64,000 nt of DNA from a bacterium (GTDB lineage Bacteria; Zhuqueibacterota; Zhuqueibacteria; Residuimicrobiales; Krinioviventaceae), in NCBI GenBank assembly GCA_963674595.2, contig CAXXFV010000026.1, positions 1-64,000 of the forward strand. The letters run 5' to 3'. Shown in pieces: positions 1-11,051 of the stretch (within the stretch, counting starts at the first letter, position 1; each line of letters begins with the position of its first letter). Made by a program: the position numbers and the translations under genes. A model generated the notes under the pieces. It ran no database searches, was not told where the DNA came from, and saw nothing but the letters and a program-made list of their open reading frames with translations.

Positions 1-2094
1 ACAGATGAACTGGGCCAATATTCTATCCAAATAAGTGCAGCAGGCGTTGAAAATAATTCTCTGCAAAAACCCAATGGTTTCCGGTTGCTGCAGAATTATC
101 CCAATCCCTTTAATCCGTCTACCGTTATAAGCTATGAACTGGCCCATCCCTCTCATGTTAACATTGAGGTTTTTAATGTTTTGGCCAGCATGTAAAAACC
201 CTTGTTGATGCTTTTGAATATGGTTCGGGCCGTGTGGTTTGGAACGGGACAGATGACCATAACCGGGGCGTGGCTGCCGGATTGTATATTACAGCATGAA
301 AGCGGGAGATGTCAGGATCAATAAAAAGATGCTGCTGATCGATGGTCAGACAGGCAGTGTGGCGAAAGCAATAAATCATTCAGCGCCTGTAATGTGCGAT
401 CCAAGTTTTTTAAAGAAACAAATGTCTAATAAATTCACACTTACTATTACCGGCGATAATATTGAGACGTATCAAATAGATAATATCAGTATAGGTGGGG
501 ACAGTTGTATTGATGTTTCTGTTACCCGTACGGTTACAGACATTGACGGCAATGTCTATCGTATGGTAAAAATCGGCGATCAATGGTGGATGGCGCAAAA
601 TTTAAAAGTAACACATTATAATGATGGAACACCCATCCCTCATGTTACCGATAATGATGAATGGAGAAGATTAACAACCGGCGCTTATTGCACTTATAAT
701 AATAATGAAAACTATGCTATCACCTATGGCAGACTCTATAACTGGTATGCTGTAAATGATGCCTGTAATATCGCCCCCGAAGGCTGGCATGTGCCCACGG
801 ATGCAGATTGGAAAAAGTTGGAGATGATTCTTGGTATAAGCCAAGCTGAAGTAAATAGTGACAATTTACACGGCACGAATGAGGGCAGTAAACTGGCGGG
901 CAATGCTGCTTTATGGAATGATGGAGAACTTGTAAATAAGATGATGCATTTGGCGAAAGCGGTTTTTCCGCGTTTCCGGGCGGTTATCGCGAGTATAAAG
1001 ATGGCACATTCACCAGAATGGGTCGCCGGGGCCTTTATTGGGCTCCTAAAAAGTGGGATACTGATCAACAAGCGTGGTACCGGAGCATCGACTGTTATTC
1101 TTCACTTTTGAAACACATGTGCAGCCCAAAGAGGCTAGGGTTTTCTGTTCGCTGTATCATGGATTATGATCCTTCCCTTACATTATACTACATTACTATT
1201 GAACCAAAAAACGCAACTGTTTATGGTAATGAAACCATTCAATATTCCTGTAAAGCATTTTATTTTGATGGTTCTATGCATGATGTAACAAATGATGCGG
1301 ACTGGGTAATTAATCCTGATAATTATGGCAATTTTTCACCCGGCGGCGAGTTTTTCCCAAGCGATGTAAACGGAATCTGCACAATTACAGCATCCTACAA
1401 GGGAATAAGTGATAAGACAAATTTGACATTACATTCAGGCGAGCTGTTTGAAACCGGCATGGTAACCGACATTGACGGCAACGTATACAAAACCATTAAA
1501 AAAAGCGACCAATGGTAGATGGCGGAGAATTTAAAGGTAACCCATTACCGTGACGGAACATCCATCCCTCATGTTACCGACAATAGTGAAGGGCCCGGAT
1601 TATCAACAGGTGCTTATTGTGCATATGATAATAATGAAAGCAATGTTACGACTTATGGTTATCTATACAATTGGTATGCTGTGAATGACAGCCGGAATAT
1701 TGCGCCTAATGGCTGGCATGTGCCCACGGATGAAGAGTGGAAACAGTTAGAGATGTATCTAGGTATGAGTGAATCTGAAACAAATAATTACGGTTGGCGT
1801 GGTACAAATGAAGGCAGTAAACTCGCGGGAAACGCTGAGTTGTGGCCTGGTGGAAATCTTGAAAATAATGCCGCATTTGGCGAGAGTGGTTTTTCCGCGT
1901 TGCCTGGCGGTTATAGCTGCTACGACTCTGGTTCCTTTAGCTATATGGATTACCGCGCCTACTTTTGGTCTTCTACGGAGATCAATGATAACTCCGCTTG
2001 GGACCGGGCTCTCGTCCATAATCATTCAAATGTCTTCCGTACTAACCTCTCCAATAAGAAACTCGGGTTTTCGGTGCGCTGTTTGAAGGATTAG
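1..2094 (+). pseudogene. FISUMP (Fib_succ_major) domain secreted protein, copy 1; 5' truncated by the window, with frameshifts and an in-frame TAG
   Basis: Near-identical to 2301-4556 over its 5' half. Pieces 296-1111, 1018-1518 and 1519-2094 give the motifs TDIDGNVYxTVKIGDQWWMAENL, YGxLYNWYAV, GWHVPTD and GFSVRC. TGG>TAG at 1516-1518. Confidence 0.85.
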
Positions 2095-2129
2095 ACTATT
2101 GGATTGTTTATAAAGCGAGTTACTGTTTC

Positions 2130-2271
2130 ATCGGCCGGAGGTTCCGGCATCCGGGCGTAGGGAGTAAAGGCCCGGCGTTTGCAAATTATAGCCTTACATA
2201 AGGAATGTTTGATATAAAAGGGTAAAGCCCTTTTGTTATTCCGTTAAAGGGCAGAGAACCCCTGGACGATC
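2130..2271. repeat. ~140-bp MITE/REP-like element, copy 1
   Basis: Near-identical to 4592-4733 and 7551-7690. Imperfect terminal inverted ends (GATCGYCCRG...CTGGACGATC) and internal hairpins. Confidence 0.85.
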
Positions 2272-2300
2272 AAACACCGGTTTTTATGAGGAGAGAAAAC

Positions 2301-4556
2301 ATGTTTAAACGAAATTTTCTCACGTTTTTCAGCTTGTGTCTGGTATTTGTTCAAGCTGTTTTTGCCCAAATCGTAATACATGGGACCGTGACAGATAACG
2401 GCGCAAAATATTTGGGTAACGGAGCCGAACCGGTAGCGAACGCGTTTGTCAGATTGATATATCAGCCTAATCCCATCGTTTTCTTTAGCGCTTATACAGA
2501 TGAACTGGGTCAATATTCTATCCAAATAAGTGCAGCAGGCGTTGAAAATAATTCTCTGCAAAGTCCTGATGCTTACCGGTTGCTGCAGAATTATCCCAAT
2601 CCCTTTAATCCGTCTACCGTTATAAGCTATGAACTGGCCCATCCCTCTCATGTTAAAATAGAAATTTTTAACGTTTTGGGCCAGCATGTAAAAACCCTTG
2701 TTGATGCTTTTGAATATGGTTCGGGCCGTGTGGTTTGGAACGGGACAGATGACCATAACCGGGGCGTGGCTGCCGGATTGTATATTTACAGCATGAGAGC
2801 AGGAGATGTCAGGATCAACAAAAAGATGCTGCTGATCGATGGTCAGACAGGCAGTGCAGCTACGGCGGCAAATCATTCAGCGCCTGTAATGAGCGATCCA
2901 AGTTTTTTAAAGAAACAAATGTCTAACAAGTTCATACTTGACATTACCGGCGAAAATATTGAGACATATCAATTAGAAAATATCAGTATAGGTGGGGACA
3001 GTTGTATTAGTGTATCTGTTAACAGAACGGTTACGGACTATGACGGCAATGTTTATCGAACAGTAAAAATCGGCGATCAATGGTGGATGGCGGAGAATTT
3101 AATGGTCACCCATTACCGTGACGGGACGCCCATCCCTCAAGTTACCGATAATGGTGACTGGGCAGGAATAACGAACGGTGCTTATTGTGCTTATAACAAT
3201 GATGAAAACAATATGGAGACGTATGGACTGTTATATAACTGGTATGCTGTAAATGATGCCTGTAATATTGCCCCTGAAGGCTGGCATGTACCCACGGATG
3301 AAGAGTGGAAAAAGTTGGAGATGTTTCTTGGTATGGACGAATCTGAAACAAATAATATCAGTACTTATCGTGGCACGAATGAAGGCAGTAAACTGGCGGG
3401 TAATGCTGAATTATGGTCTTATGGCGACCTTAAAAAAAATCCTGCGTTTGGAGAAAGTGGCTTTTTCGCGCTACCGGGTGGTTATCGCCGCGACCACGGT
3501 GGTATCTTTGGCCTTATTGGTGGTAGCGCTAACTTTTGGACTTCTTCCAGGGTTATGGAAATCGCAAATACCGAAGTATGGCGCCGGATAATTACTTGTG
3601 ACTTATCAAGCATCTATCGTGACAACTACACAATGTTCGCTGGTTTATCTGTACGCTGTATTATGGATTTGGAACCTATTATATCATTAGACCACATTAC
3701 AATTGAACCCAAAAACGAAACTGTTTACAGTAACGAAATGATTCAATATTCCTGTAGGGCATTTTATTCAGATGGTTCAAAGCAGGATGTAACAATTTAT
3801 ACGGATTGGTCAATTGAACCTGATAATTATGGCAGGTTCTCATTCAATGGTATGTTTTATCCAAACTATGTAGACGGAACCGGCATTATTACAGCTTCCT
3901 ATGGCGGGAAAAGTGATCAGACAAGCGTGACAATACCTGGTGGTGACCCAGAAAAAACCGGCACGGTAACCGACATTGACGGCAACGTATACAAAACCAT
4001 TAAAATAGGTGATCAATGGTGGATGGCGGAGAATTTAAAAGTAACCCATTACCGTGACGGAACATCCATCCCTCATGTTACCGACAATAATGAGTGGGCC
4101 GGATTAACAACCGGCGCTTATTGTGCATATGATAATAATGAAAGCAATGTAGACACCTATGGTTATTTATATAATTGGTATGCTGTTGGTGACAACCGGA
4201 ATATTGCGCCTAATGGCTGGCATGTACCAACGGATGAAGAGTGGCAAACCTTAGTCGATTATTTAGGTGGTTATTCAGTTGCCGGCGGCAAATTAAAAGA
4301 AGCAGGTACTGAACATTGGAACAGTCCGAATACCGGGGCGACCAATGAAAGCGGTTTTTTCGCGTTGCCTGGCGGTAATCGGAGCTATGACGATGGTGAT
4401 TTTCGCGGTATGGGTAACTTTGCCGAGTTTTGGTCTTCTACGGAGTACCTTAATAGTTACGTTTGGAACCGGCACATCGGAGTTTATTATTCATATGTAA
4501 CCCCTGGCTTCAGCAATAAAACTCCGGGATTTTCGGTGCGCTGTTTGAAGGATTAG
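2301..4556 (+). CDS. Secreted protein: signal peptide, FlgD-Ig/T9SS-like domain, two FISUMP domains separated by an Ig-like (Big_2-type) domain
   Basis: N-terminus [31 protein letters not shown]...KKMLLID domain. Two FISUMP motif sets ending SVRCIMD and GFSVRCLKD. Confidence 0.9.
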   Translation: MFKRNFLTFFSLCLVFVQAVFAQIVIHGTVTDNGAKYLGNGAEPVANAFVRLIYQPNPIVFFSAYTDELGQYSIQISAAGVENNSLQSPDAYRLLQNYPNPFNPSTVISYELAHPSHVKIEIFNVLGQHVKTLVDAFEYGSGRVVWNGTDDHNRGVAAGLYIYSMRAGDVRINKKMLLIDGQTGSAATAANHSAPVMSDPSFLKKQMSNKFILDITGENIETYQLENISIGGDSCISVSVNRTVTDYDGNVYRTVKIGDQWWMAENLMVTHYRDGTPIPQVTDNGDWAGITNGAYCAYNNDENNMETYGLLYNWYAVNDACNIAPEGWHVPTDEEWKKLEMFLGMDESETNNISTYRGTNEGSKLAGNAELWSYGDLKKNPAFGESGFFALPGGYRRDHGGIFGLIGGSANFWTSSRVMEIANTEVWRRIITCDLSSIYRDNYTMFAGLSVRCIMDLEPIISLDHITIEPKNETVYSNEMIQYSCRAFYSDGSKQDVTIYTDWSIEPDNYGRFSFNGMFYPNYVDGTGIITASYGGKSDQTSVTIPGGDPEKTGTVTDIDGNVYKTIKIGDQWWMAENLKVTHYRDGTSIPHVTDNNEWAGLTTGAYCAYDNNESNVDTYGYLYNWYAVGDNRNIAPNGWHVPTDEEWQTLVDYLGGYSVAGGKLKEAGTEHWNSPNTGATNESGFFALPGGNRSYDDGDFRGMGNFAEFWSSTEYLNSYVWNRHIGVYYSYVTPGFSNKTPGFSVRCLKD

Positions 4557-4591
4557 ACTATTGGGTTGTTTACAAAGCGAGTTACTGTTTC

Positions 4592-4733
4592 ATCGGCCGG
4601 AGGTTCCTACATCCGGGCGTTGGGAGTAAAGGCCCGGCGTTTGCAAATTATAGCCTTACATAAGGAATGTTTGATATAAAAGGTCAAAGCCCTTTTGTTA
4701 TTCCGTCCAAGGGGTCGGAATCCCTGGACGATC
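4592..4733. repeat. ~140-bp MITE/REP-like element, copy 2
   Basis: Same sequence as copies 1 and 3. Confidence 0.85.
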
Positions 4734-4746
4734 GAGTTTTTTTACA

Positions 4747-4807
4747 TTGGGGGTAAAATTCCTGTTTCATTGGTTCCGCAGGGGATTGCAAATCCCCTGT
4801 GAGCGGG
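4747..4807. repeat. ~60-bp palindromic repeat, also at 7404-7465
   Basis: TAAAATTCCTGTTTCATTGGTTCCGCAGGGGATTGCAAATCC is shared by both sites. Hairpin CAGGGGATT...AATCCCCTG. Confidence 0.75.
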
Positions 4808-5082
4808 GTATGAATCCTTGGACGATCAAAGTGAAACTTTGAAAACGATCAAACCATACAGGGGTTAAAAATTTTTAATCCCTACACATATCTATTGATC
4901 GCCCGGAGATTTTGCTGACTCTGGAAATTTCTCAAGGCGCGAATCAGGCGGGGTATTTATCCCGGTAAACCAGAGGGTTTAATGATTAATATGGGTCCGT
5001 TATTTGAGATCTGAACAGGGCAGAAGCCCTGATTTATTTGACTCCCGGGGGCTGGAACCCCTGGGAGAGCAGGTTTTTTATG

Positions 5083-5140
5083 CGCCTTTCGGCTCCGCTC
5101 AAGGCCCGGACCATAAGCGGACGTTGAGCGGCGTCGAAGA
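5083..5140. repeat. REP doublet of the TTCGRCTCCGCTCA family; other copies near 7712, 7936 (reverse), 9725, 16299 and 29975
   Basis: CCTTTCGGCTCCGCTCAAGG followed by the inverted TTGAGCGGCGTCGAAG. Confidence 0.75.
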
Positions 5141-5300
5141 ATGGGTGTTAAACAACACAATTTGTTAACCTTGGAAATTTTTTCTGAGTGCAGGTCAAGG
5201 ATAAACAGGGTAGAAGCATTGGAAGAAAAGTTTTGTTAATACCTGTACTAAAAAGGGTCCAAAGATTTAGATCAATCTTTGGACCCTTGAAATGGTTTTT

Positions 5301-7103
5301 TTATTTTAATAAAGTCATTTTACGTGTTTTTACAAAATCACCTGCTGTCATTCGGTATACATATACGCCGCTGGCGACGTTATGGCCGTGGTCGTCAACA
5401 CCGGTCCATGAAACGGAATGATCACCCTGTGATACGGTATCATTAACCAAAGTACAAATTTTACGTCCTGAAATGTCATAAACGGTAATATTAACAACCT
5501 GGCTGGCCGGAAGTTTATAGGTAAAGTTGGTGACCGGATTAAACGGATTTGGATAGTTTTGAGATAAACTAAAATCATCCGGTTTTATGTTTGTTACATC
5601 TTTAGAATCTACAAAATTATCGCCGGGTTCTTTTATATTATGATATTGATTTATCTCCAAACCGGTTAGTACTTGTTTATCGCCGAGCGGCCATTTGATA
5701 ACAACTGAATCAATGGCTGTTTTGAACCCAATTCCAAAATGGGCCCAAAGGTAATCCTGGCGTGTAAAACCATTGCCGCATGTTGTGTATCGAACTTGCT
5801 TTTTATCTCCGGTATAGAGTGTTACCAACGTTCCGACCGCATCACGATTTGATATGGTCCCTTCCAGGGTGAATGCTATCCAGTTTGCATCATTGCCCCC
5901 CTGATTATGATAAAGCAGATGGTTATGTTCTGCTGATGAAATATAAATATCAAGGAACCCGTCCCGGTCATAATCCAAAAAGGTACCGCCTTTTCTATTT
6001 CCTTGTACTGTAATGCCTAAAAATTCGGCAACGTCGGCTAATGTTTGAGTACCATCACCCATGTCCGTATTCGCCAACAAAATATCGGATGTATTATAGT
6101 TGCCATTTTGAACAAAAACATCCACATCGCCGTCGTTATCAAAGTCGCCGATTGACAGGCCTCTATAATTATCCAGTGGAATGTAGAAATTCAAGTCCAC
6201 GATGGCATTAACAAATACGCCGTTATCATTTTTCCATACTTCAGTTACGTCGCCGCTGGTGGGGTATCCATTTACTTTAAAAAAGTCAAAGTCGCCGTCA
6301 TTGTCGTAATCAAAGAATTCCCGATAAGTTACGCCGGTAACCTGGTCGAATCCCATTTCGGCTGAAACATTTGTAAAAACGCCGCCATCGTTTCGGTACA
6401 TATTTGCCCGTGAATGCAGGTCAGGGTCACCATCCAGATCAAAGTCGAACCAGCTTAGTCTGTAATCTTGGGCCATTTCAGTGTTATCGAGTCCGGCTTG
6501 TTCAGAAACATTGGTAAAATGACCGCCATCATTTCGGAACAGATACATTTTGGGGTTGTTGGTCTGCGTAATGGCGCAATCGAGATCGCCATCCAGATCA
6601 AAATCTGCCCATCCACCCATATTATATGTCCATTCGGTAATAAAACCGGGCGGTTTGTACCCTACAAATCCTGTTTCTTCTGAAACTTCAGTAAAAACAT
6701 TATTATCATTCCTGAAAAGATGGATCGCCAGATTCGTTGTCATCGACAGGTCACGATCTCCATCATTGTCATAATCGACCCAAATAACACCCGTTGTTTT
6801 TTCTTCCACACTTTCCACCGCTTCAAGCGGCGATTGAGCTGTAATATCCTGAAAGACACCGTTGGAATTTATGTATATTCGGCTGTAGCCCGGAGCAGCC
6901 CAGCGGGTACATAAAATATCCGGATATCCGTTGCGGTCAATATCCGATATTGCCATTCCCCATTTTTCAAACGGAGCTGCTGTTAATCCAACACTTGAGT
7001 TGTTCACGAGTTCAAACAACGTTAAATCCTGACTGTAAAGAGTAAAGTTTGACAAGCAGAATAGTAAAGCAAAAAGCATAGCAATTCTTTTGTGTGTTTT
7101 CAT
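5301..7103 (-). CDS. CRTAC1/ASPIC-UnbV-like FG-GAP repeat secreted protein with FlgD-Ig/T9SS-like C-terminal domain
   Basis: Signal peptide. Repeated DxDNDGDxD motifs. SNRDAVGTLV...HFGIG...WP ASPIC-type motif. [10 protein letters not shown]-terminal domain. Confidence 0.9.
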   Translation of the reverse strand: MKTHKRIAMLFALLFCLSNFTLYSQDLTLFELVNNSSVGLTAAPFEKWGMAISDIDRNGYPDILCTRWAAPGYSRIYINSNGVFQDITAQSPLEAVESVEEKTTGVIWVDYDNDGDRDLSMTTNLAIHLFRNDNNVFTEVSEETGFVGYKPPGFITEWTYNMGGWADFDLDGDLDCAITQTNNPKMYLFRNDGGHFTNVSEQAGLDNTEMAQDYRLSWFDFDLDGDPDLHSRANMYRNDGGVFTNVSAEMGFDQVTGVTYREFFDYDNDGDFDFFKVNGYPTSGDVTEVWKNDNGVFVNAIVDLNFYIPLDNYRGLSIGDFDNDGDVDVFVQNGNYNTSDILLANTDMGDGTQTLADVAEFLGITVQGNRKGGTFLDYDRDGFLDIYISSAEHNHLLYHNQGGNDANWIAFTLEGTISNRDAVGTLVTLYTGDKKQVRYTTCGNGFTRQDYLWAHFGIGFKTAIDSVVIKWPLGDKQVLTGLEINQYHNIKEPGDNFVDSKDVTNIKPDDFSLSQNYPNPFNPVTNFTYKLPASQVVNITVYDISGRKICTLVNDTVSQGDHSVSWTGVDDHGHNVASGVYVYRMTAGDFVKTRKMTLLK

Positions 7104-7487
7104 TCTTTTAATCTCCGTGTTTTAATTCAGAAAAAACAGATGTTGAAAAAATTTTAATTTAGGAATGTGAATTTTGAAAAAAATGGTAAGAGAATGTCGT
7201 CATAATTTTTCGAACATTCTTGATATTTTATGAAATAAATTTGCAATGTCAAAGGGATTTTTTAATTTTTTTCAGGTAATATTATTTTTACTGAAATTTG
7301 GTTTTATGGGACCATACCTTGTTTTTACCCGGGATGATTTGAAGAGAGGTGTTTGGTGAGTACAGGTTTGTTTTGACGGAGTCGAATATGGAATTTGTTT
7401 TCCTTGGGGATAAAATTCCTGTTTCATTGGTTCCGCAGGGGATTGCAAATCCTCTACGAGCGGGAGGGTATATTTAAAAGCCTGTCT

Positions 7488-7512
7488 GGATTCCTGCTTT
7501 CGCAGGAATGAC
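7488..7512. repeat. Short palindromic REP (GGATTCCTGCTTTCGCAGGAATGAC)
   Basis: Hairpin ATTCCTGC-TTTC-GCAGGAAT. Confidence 0.7.
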
Positions 7513-7550
7513 AGACGTGCTGTGTTATAATGAAATGGATATTTTTGTGT

Positions 7551-7690
7551 GATCGCCTGGAGGTTCCTACATCCGGGCGTTGGGAGTAAAGGCCCGGCGT
7601 TTGCAAATTATAGCCTTACATAAGGAATGTTTGATATAAAAGGGTAAAGCCCTTTTGTTAATCCGACCCAGGGGTCGGAATCCCTGCGAG
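7551..7690. repeat. ~140-bp MITE/REP-like element, copy 3
   Basis: Same sequence as copies 1 and 2. Confidence 0.85.
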
Positions 7691-7743
7691 AGGGGCAGGT
7701 TTTTCACGGGCCTTTCGACTCCGCTCAAGGCCGGACCATAAAC

Positions 7744-7917
7744 GGTCTCTGAGAATCCCTCGTTTTCACTCGGGATTATGGGGAGACAGGTCTCTGAACA
7801 TCCCTCGTTTTCACTCGGGATTATGGGGAGACAGGTCTCTGAACATCCCTCGTTTTCACTCGGGATTATGGGGAGACAGGTTTCTGAACATCCCTCGACT
7901 CCGCTCGGGATGACGGG
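7744..7917. repeat. Tandem 45-bp REP-derived repeat, about 3.8 units
   Basis: GGTCTCTGAACATCCCTCGTTTTCACTCGGGATTATGGGGAGACA starts at 7744, 7789, 7834 and 7879 (partial). There are no unique spacers. Related units occur at 9762-9847 and near 16238. Confidence 0.9.
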
Positions 7918-8187
7918 AAGGAAATTCTGAACTGTGTCACCCTGAGCGTAGTCGAAGGGTAATCAGGACAGAGGGCTTTACTCAGACATTCACCACAGCA
8001 AAATCTATCAATCCTTAACCTTTATCAGCGCATTTGCTGCAGGAAAAAAATTGAATGATTTAAAAATTCCTTGCACGGGGTTGACAAAATTTGTATCATT
8101 ACCTTGTTTATTGTCCGTATGTACCGAGTTTTGGGCATTGAAAGGAATATATTAAAACTATTTTAGCTATGAATTAAGGAGGGCAAA

Positions 8188-8607
8188 ATGCCTTATAAGA
8201 AAATTTTAATCGCGCTTGATCGTACAGAAGAAGAAAATACTGTTATAAAGGAGGCCATTAGTCTGGCTGCTGCTTTTAAAGCAGAAATTTCCGCTGTGCA
8301 CGTAAATGATCCGGCTGCCGGAAAAGCGCACATGATGATGGATTCTTTGCCGTTAAGTACTGAAGATGATATAAGGGAGCAGTTCAGCAAGCTGGGCTTT
8401 GAAAAAGAGGCCAAAGAAATTAAGGTGACTATTGTTGAAAGTGAAGATTATGCCCAGGAGATTGCAAAAGCAGCAGAGGACGCAGACCTGCTGGTTATCG
8501 GCCATCATCCAAAGAGCCGTTTTCTTGCTGCCATTGTGGACTCGACAGACGAGCGTGTTTCAGATTATGTTCCCTGCCCGATGCTTGTTGTACCCTTTAG
8601 TAAATAA
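8188..8607 (+). CDS. Universal stress protein (USP family)
   Basis: YKKILIALD...AVHV...ADLLVIGHH...STDERV...PCPMLVVP. Strong RBS AAGGAGG. Confidence 0.92.
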   Translation: MPYKKILIALDRTEEENTVIKEAISLAAAFKAEISAVHVNDPAAGKAHMMMDSLPLSTEDDIREQFSKLGFEKEAKEIKVTIVESEDYAQEIAKAAEDADLLVIGHHPKSRFLAAIVDSTDERVSDYVPCPMLVVPFSK

Positions 8608-8836
8608 TGTTTGGCGGATGTCCGGGAAAGACATTGCTGTCAATATCAATATCAAGCCGGGTCTGTGTTCAGGGCCCGGCATTTCTTAAAATTTTATAAA
8701 TATTGGGTCTGAAAATAAATCAGCCGCCTGTTGCTGATTTGGTAATACGGTGTGATTTTTCCAGTTGGTTATCAGACTCGTTTAATATTATATCAACCGT
8801 TATTAATATGAAATCTGAAAAAGCGGAGCGAAAATA

Positions 8837-9658
8837 ATGGGGATATATATATGGCTCACTTTATTGGGATTTGTTATAGGCACCTATGGAACACTGATAG
8901 GGGCCGGAGGCGGGTTTGTTCTCGTGCCCATATTGCTGATGCTTTATCCCAATGAAAGTCCGGAAATCATTACAAGCATATCATTAGCTGTTGTTTTTTT
9001 TAATGCCCTGTCCGGTTCACTGGCTTATTCGCGCATGAAGCGTATAGATTATAAATCCGGACTGCTGTTTGCGGCCGCTACAATTCCTGGCGCCGTTCTT
9101 GGAGCGGTCAGCACCGCCCATGTTCCCCGGCGGCTGTTCGACGCTGTTCTCGGCGTTTTTGATGATCGTTGCATCCGTCTATTTATTTTTCAATACCGGT
9201 CAAAAGAACGGGGACAAAGAAGAGGATGAACGTCATCATCGTTTTATGAGAAATATTGTTGAAAAAGATGGTACAGCTTTTACTTTTTCTTACAATCCTA
9301 TAACCGGCGTTGTGTTGAGCTGTTTTATCGGGTTTTTATCCACTTTTCTTGGAATCGGCGGCCGGCAGCATACACGTGCCTGTTTTGGTAAATGTTTTGA
9401 ATTTTCCTGTGCACATTGCTACGGCAACATCGCATTTTGTTCTGGCTATCATGGCTTTAACAGGAACCGTTGTTCACATTGCAAACCGGCACATTTACTC
9501 ACGGCGTGCATCGCACAATTGCGCTTGCCATCGGTGTGCTTTTGGGGGCACAGGTGGGTGCGCTGCTTTCCAATCGTATGAAAGGGCGATGGATCATTCA
9601 GGGTTTGGCAATTGCGCTTGGTTTGGTGGGTATCCGGCTTTTAATGATGATTTTATAA
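8837..9658 (+). pseudogene. Sulfite exporter TauE/SafE (TSUP) family membrane protein, split by frameshifts (possibly sequencing errors)
   Basis: GTLIGAGGGFVLVP and a second GIGGG-like repeat, HIATATSHF. Pieces lie in several frames. Confidence 0.85.
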
Positions 9659-9930
9659 GAGCAAGGACCGGCGCTGTTGCGGTTGAGGTGTAATGCTGAT
9701 AATGGATGGCACCCTGAGCGGCATTTCGGCTCCGCTCAAGGCCCGAGTCTGAAGTGGGACAGGTCTCTGAGAATCCCTCGTTAACACTCGGGATCATGGG
9801 GCGAGATGTCGCTGAGAACCCCCTCTTTAACACTCGGGATGACGGGAGGAGCTCTTTATGAATTGCCCCTACAGGATATTCTACCCCTAAAAATGCCCAA
9901 ATATATTTTAAACATTTTTCAAAAACCGCT

Positions 9931-10240
9931 TTGCCTTGATTTTATTTAATTTGTATTATTATCTTGTCAGTTATAACGGACGATTTTTCAGGACAATTTG
10001 GTCGCGCATGGGAGTTCCTGAGGTCCCCGGCTGATTTACCAACTTTTTTTATAATTACGGGATTCAAACAGATACACGAGGAAGAGATTGCGTCGGTTAG
10101 ATGGTCATATTCCTGTTGGTTTACGGTTAGAATTGTTGGGTGGGGTGGGGGTTAGTTTATTTTTGGAAAGTGGTGGTTGTATTACACTATTTTGATTTTT
10201 ATATAAAATATAATTATATGGTAGAGCTGTCCCTTGCAAC
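9931..10240 (+). promoter_or_regulatory. Conserved leader L, copy 1: sigma70-like promoter plus a predicted structured RNA
   Basis: TTGCCT-N17-TATTAT. About 300 bp similar to 16452-16755. Confidence 0.65.
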
Positions 10241-10276
10241 CTTTTTAATATTATGGTAAACTAAATAAGGATATTT

Positions 10277-10981
10277 ATGCGTTACGACACTTATTCACTA
10301 AAAAAACTAATGAATACTTTCACCAATGATTTCAAAGGTGTAAGTGAGATTTTTCTCTTTGGTTCTCGCCTTCATAGGACAAGAAGCACAAGATCAGATG
10401 TTGATCTACTGGTTAATGTTGACGATTCAGTTGTTGGTGAGGAGGTACGTGATTTTGCGCTAATAAATTGCCCAGCTTTAGATTTTTTTTCTTATTGATC
10501 GTGGTGTTGCGACAAGCTGTGCCAATGGAAGTAAGGTCAGAGGCAGAAATAAAAAAAACCTTGTTATTAGGTTGGGGGCAAAAAAAAATATGGGATCGTA
10601 ATAGAGGCTTTTTATCTGTAGATATAGACTGGGGATTTTAATGTAATTAAGGGGATGGAGCCTATGATGACGACCTTGGTTTCTTTAGCTCCCTTCCCAT
10701 CAAAAGCTGAGGCTATTTCTGATGATATACCTATTGAAACTTTAGTTCATGGAAACTCTAAATGGAGCACCATCAAAGACCATCCAATTTGGATTATTAT
10801 GGTAGTTGCATGCGCTGTTGCGGTAGCTGTTTTTTCAGCCACATATCAATTACGAATTGTACCACTTGAAAATGAGATTGCTAATTTTAAAACTGAAATT
10901 GAAAAAACCTAAAAAGTAATCATTGATAATCAACAAGAGAGACAAATAGAGCAAACAAAGTTTAAAAAAGAAGAACCCTAA
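10277..10981 (+). pseudogene. Pol-beta-type nucleotidyltransferase domain with a C-terminal TM helix, fragmented
   Basis: IFLFGSR...SDVDLLV motif in 10277-10498. Hydrophobic helix in 10655-10912. Breaks occur near homopolymer runs. Confidence 0.65.
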
Positions 10982-11036
10982 CAAAGTTAAATTCAGCCGA
11001 CGAAAAAAAATACGCGGCCCATTAGTAACATTAGAC
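10975..11036 (+). other. Degenerate integron attC-like site
   Basis: CCTAAC...TTCAGCCGACG...CGCGGC...ATTAGAC lies between two co-oriented genes. The R' box reads ATT instead of GTT. Confidence 0.45.
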
Positions 11037-11051
11037 TACTACAATGAGAAT

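Noticed and set aside
7744-7917. Possible CRISPR array
   Set aside because: The units are contiguous near-identical 45-mers with no unique spacers, they derive from a REP family seen elsewhere, and no cas genes are present.
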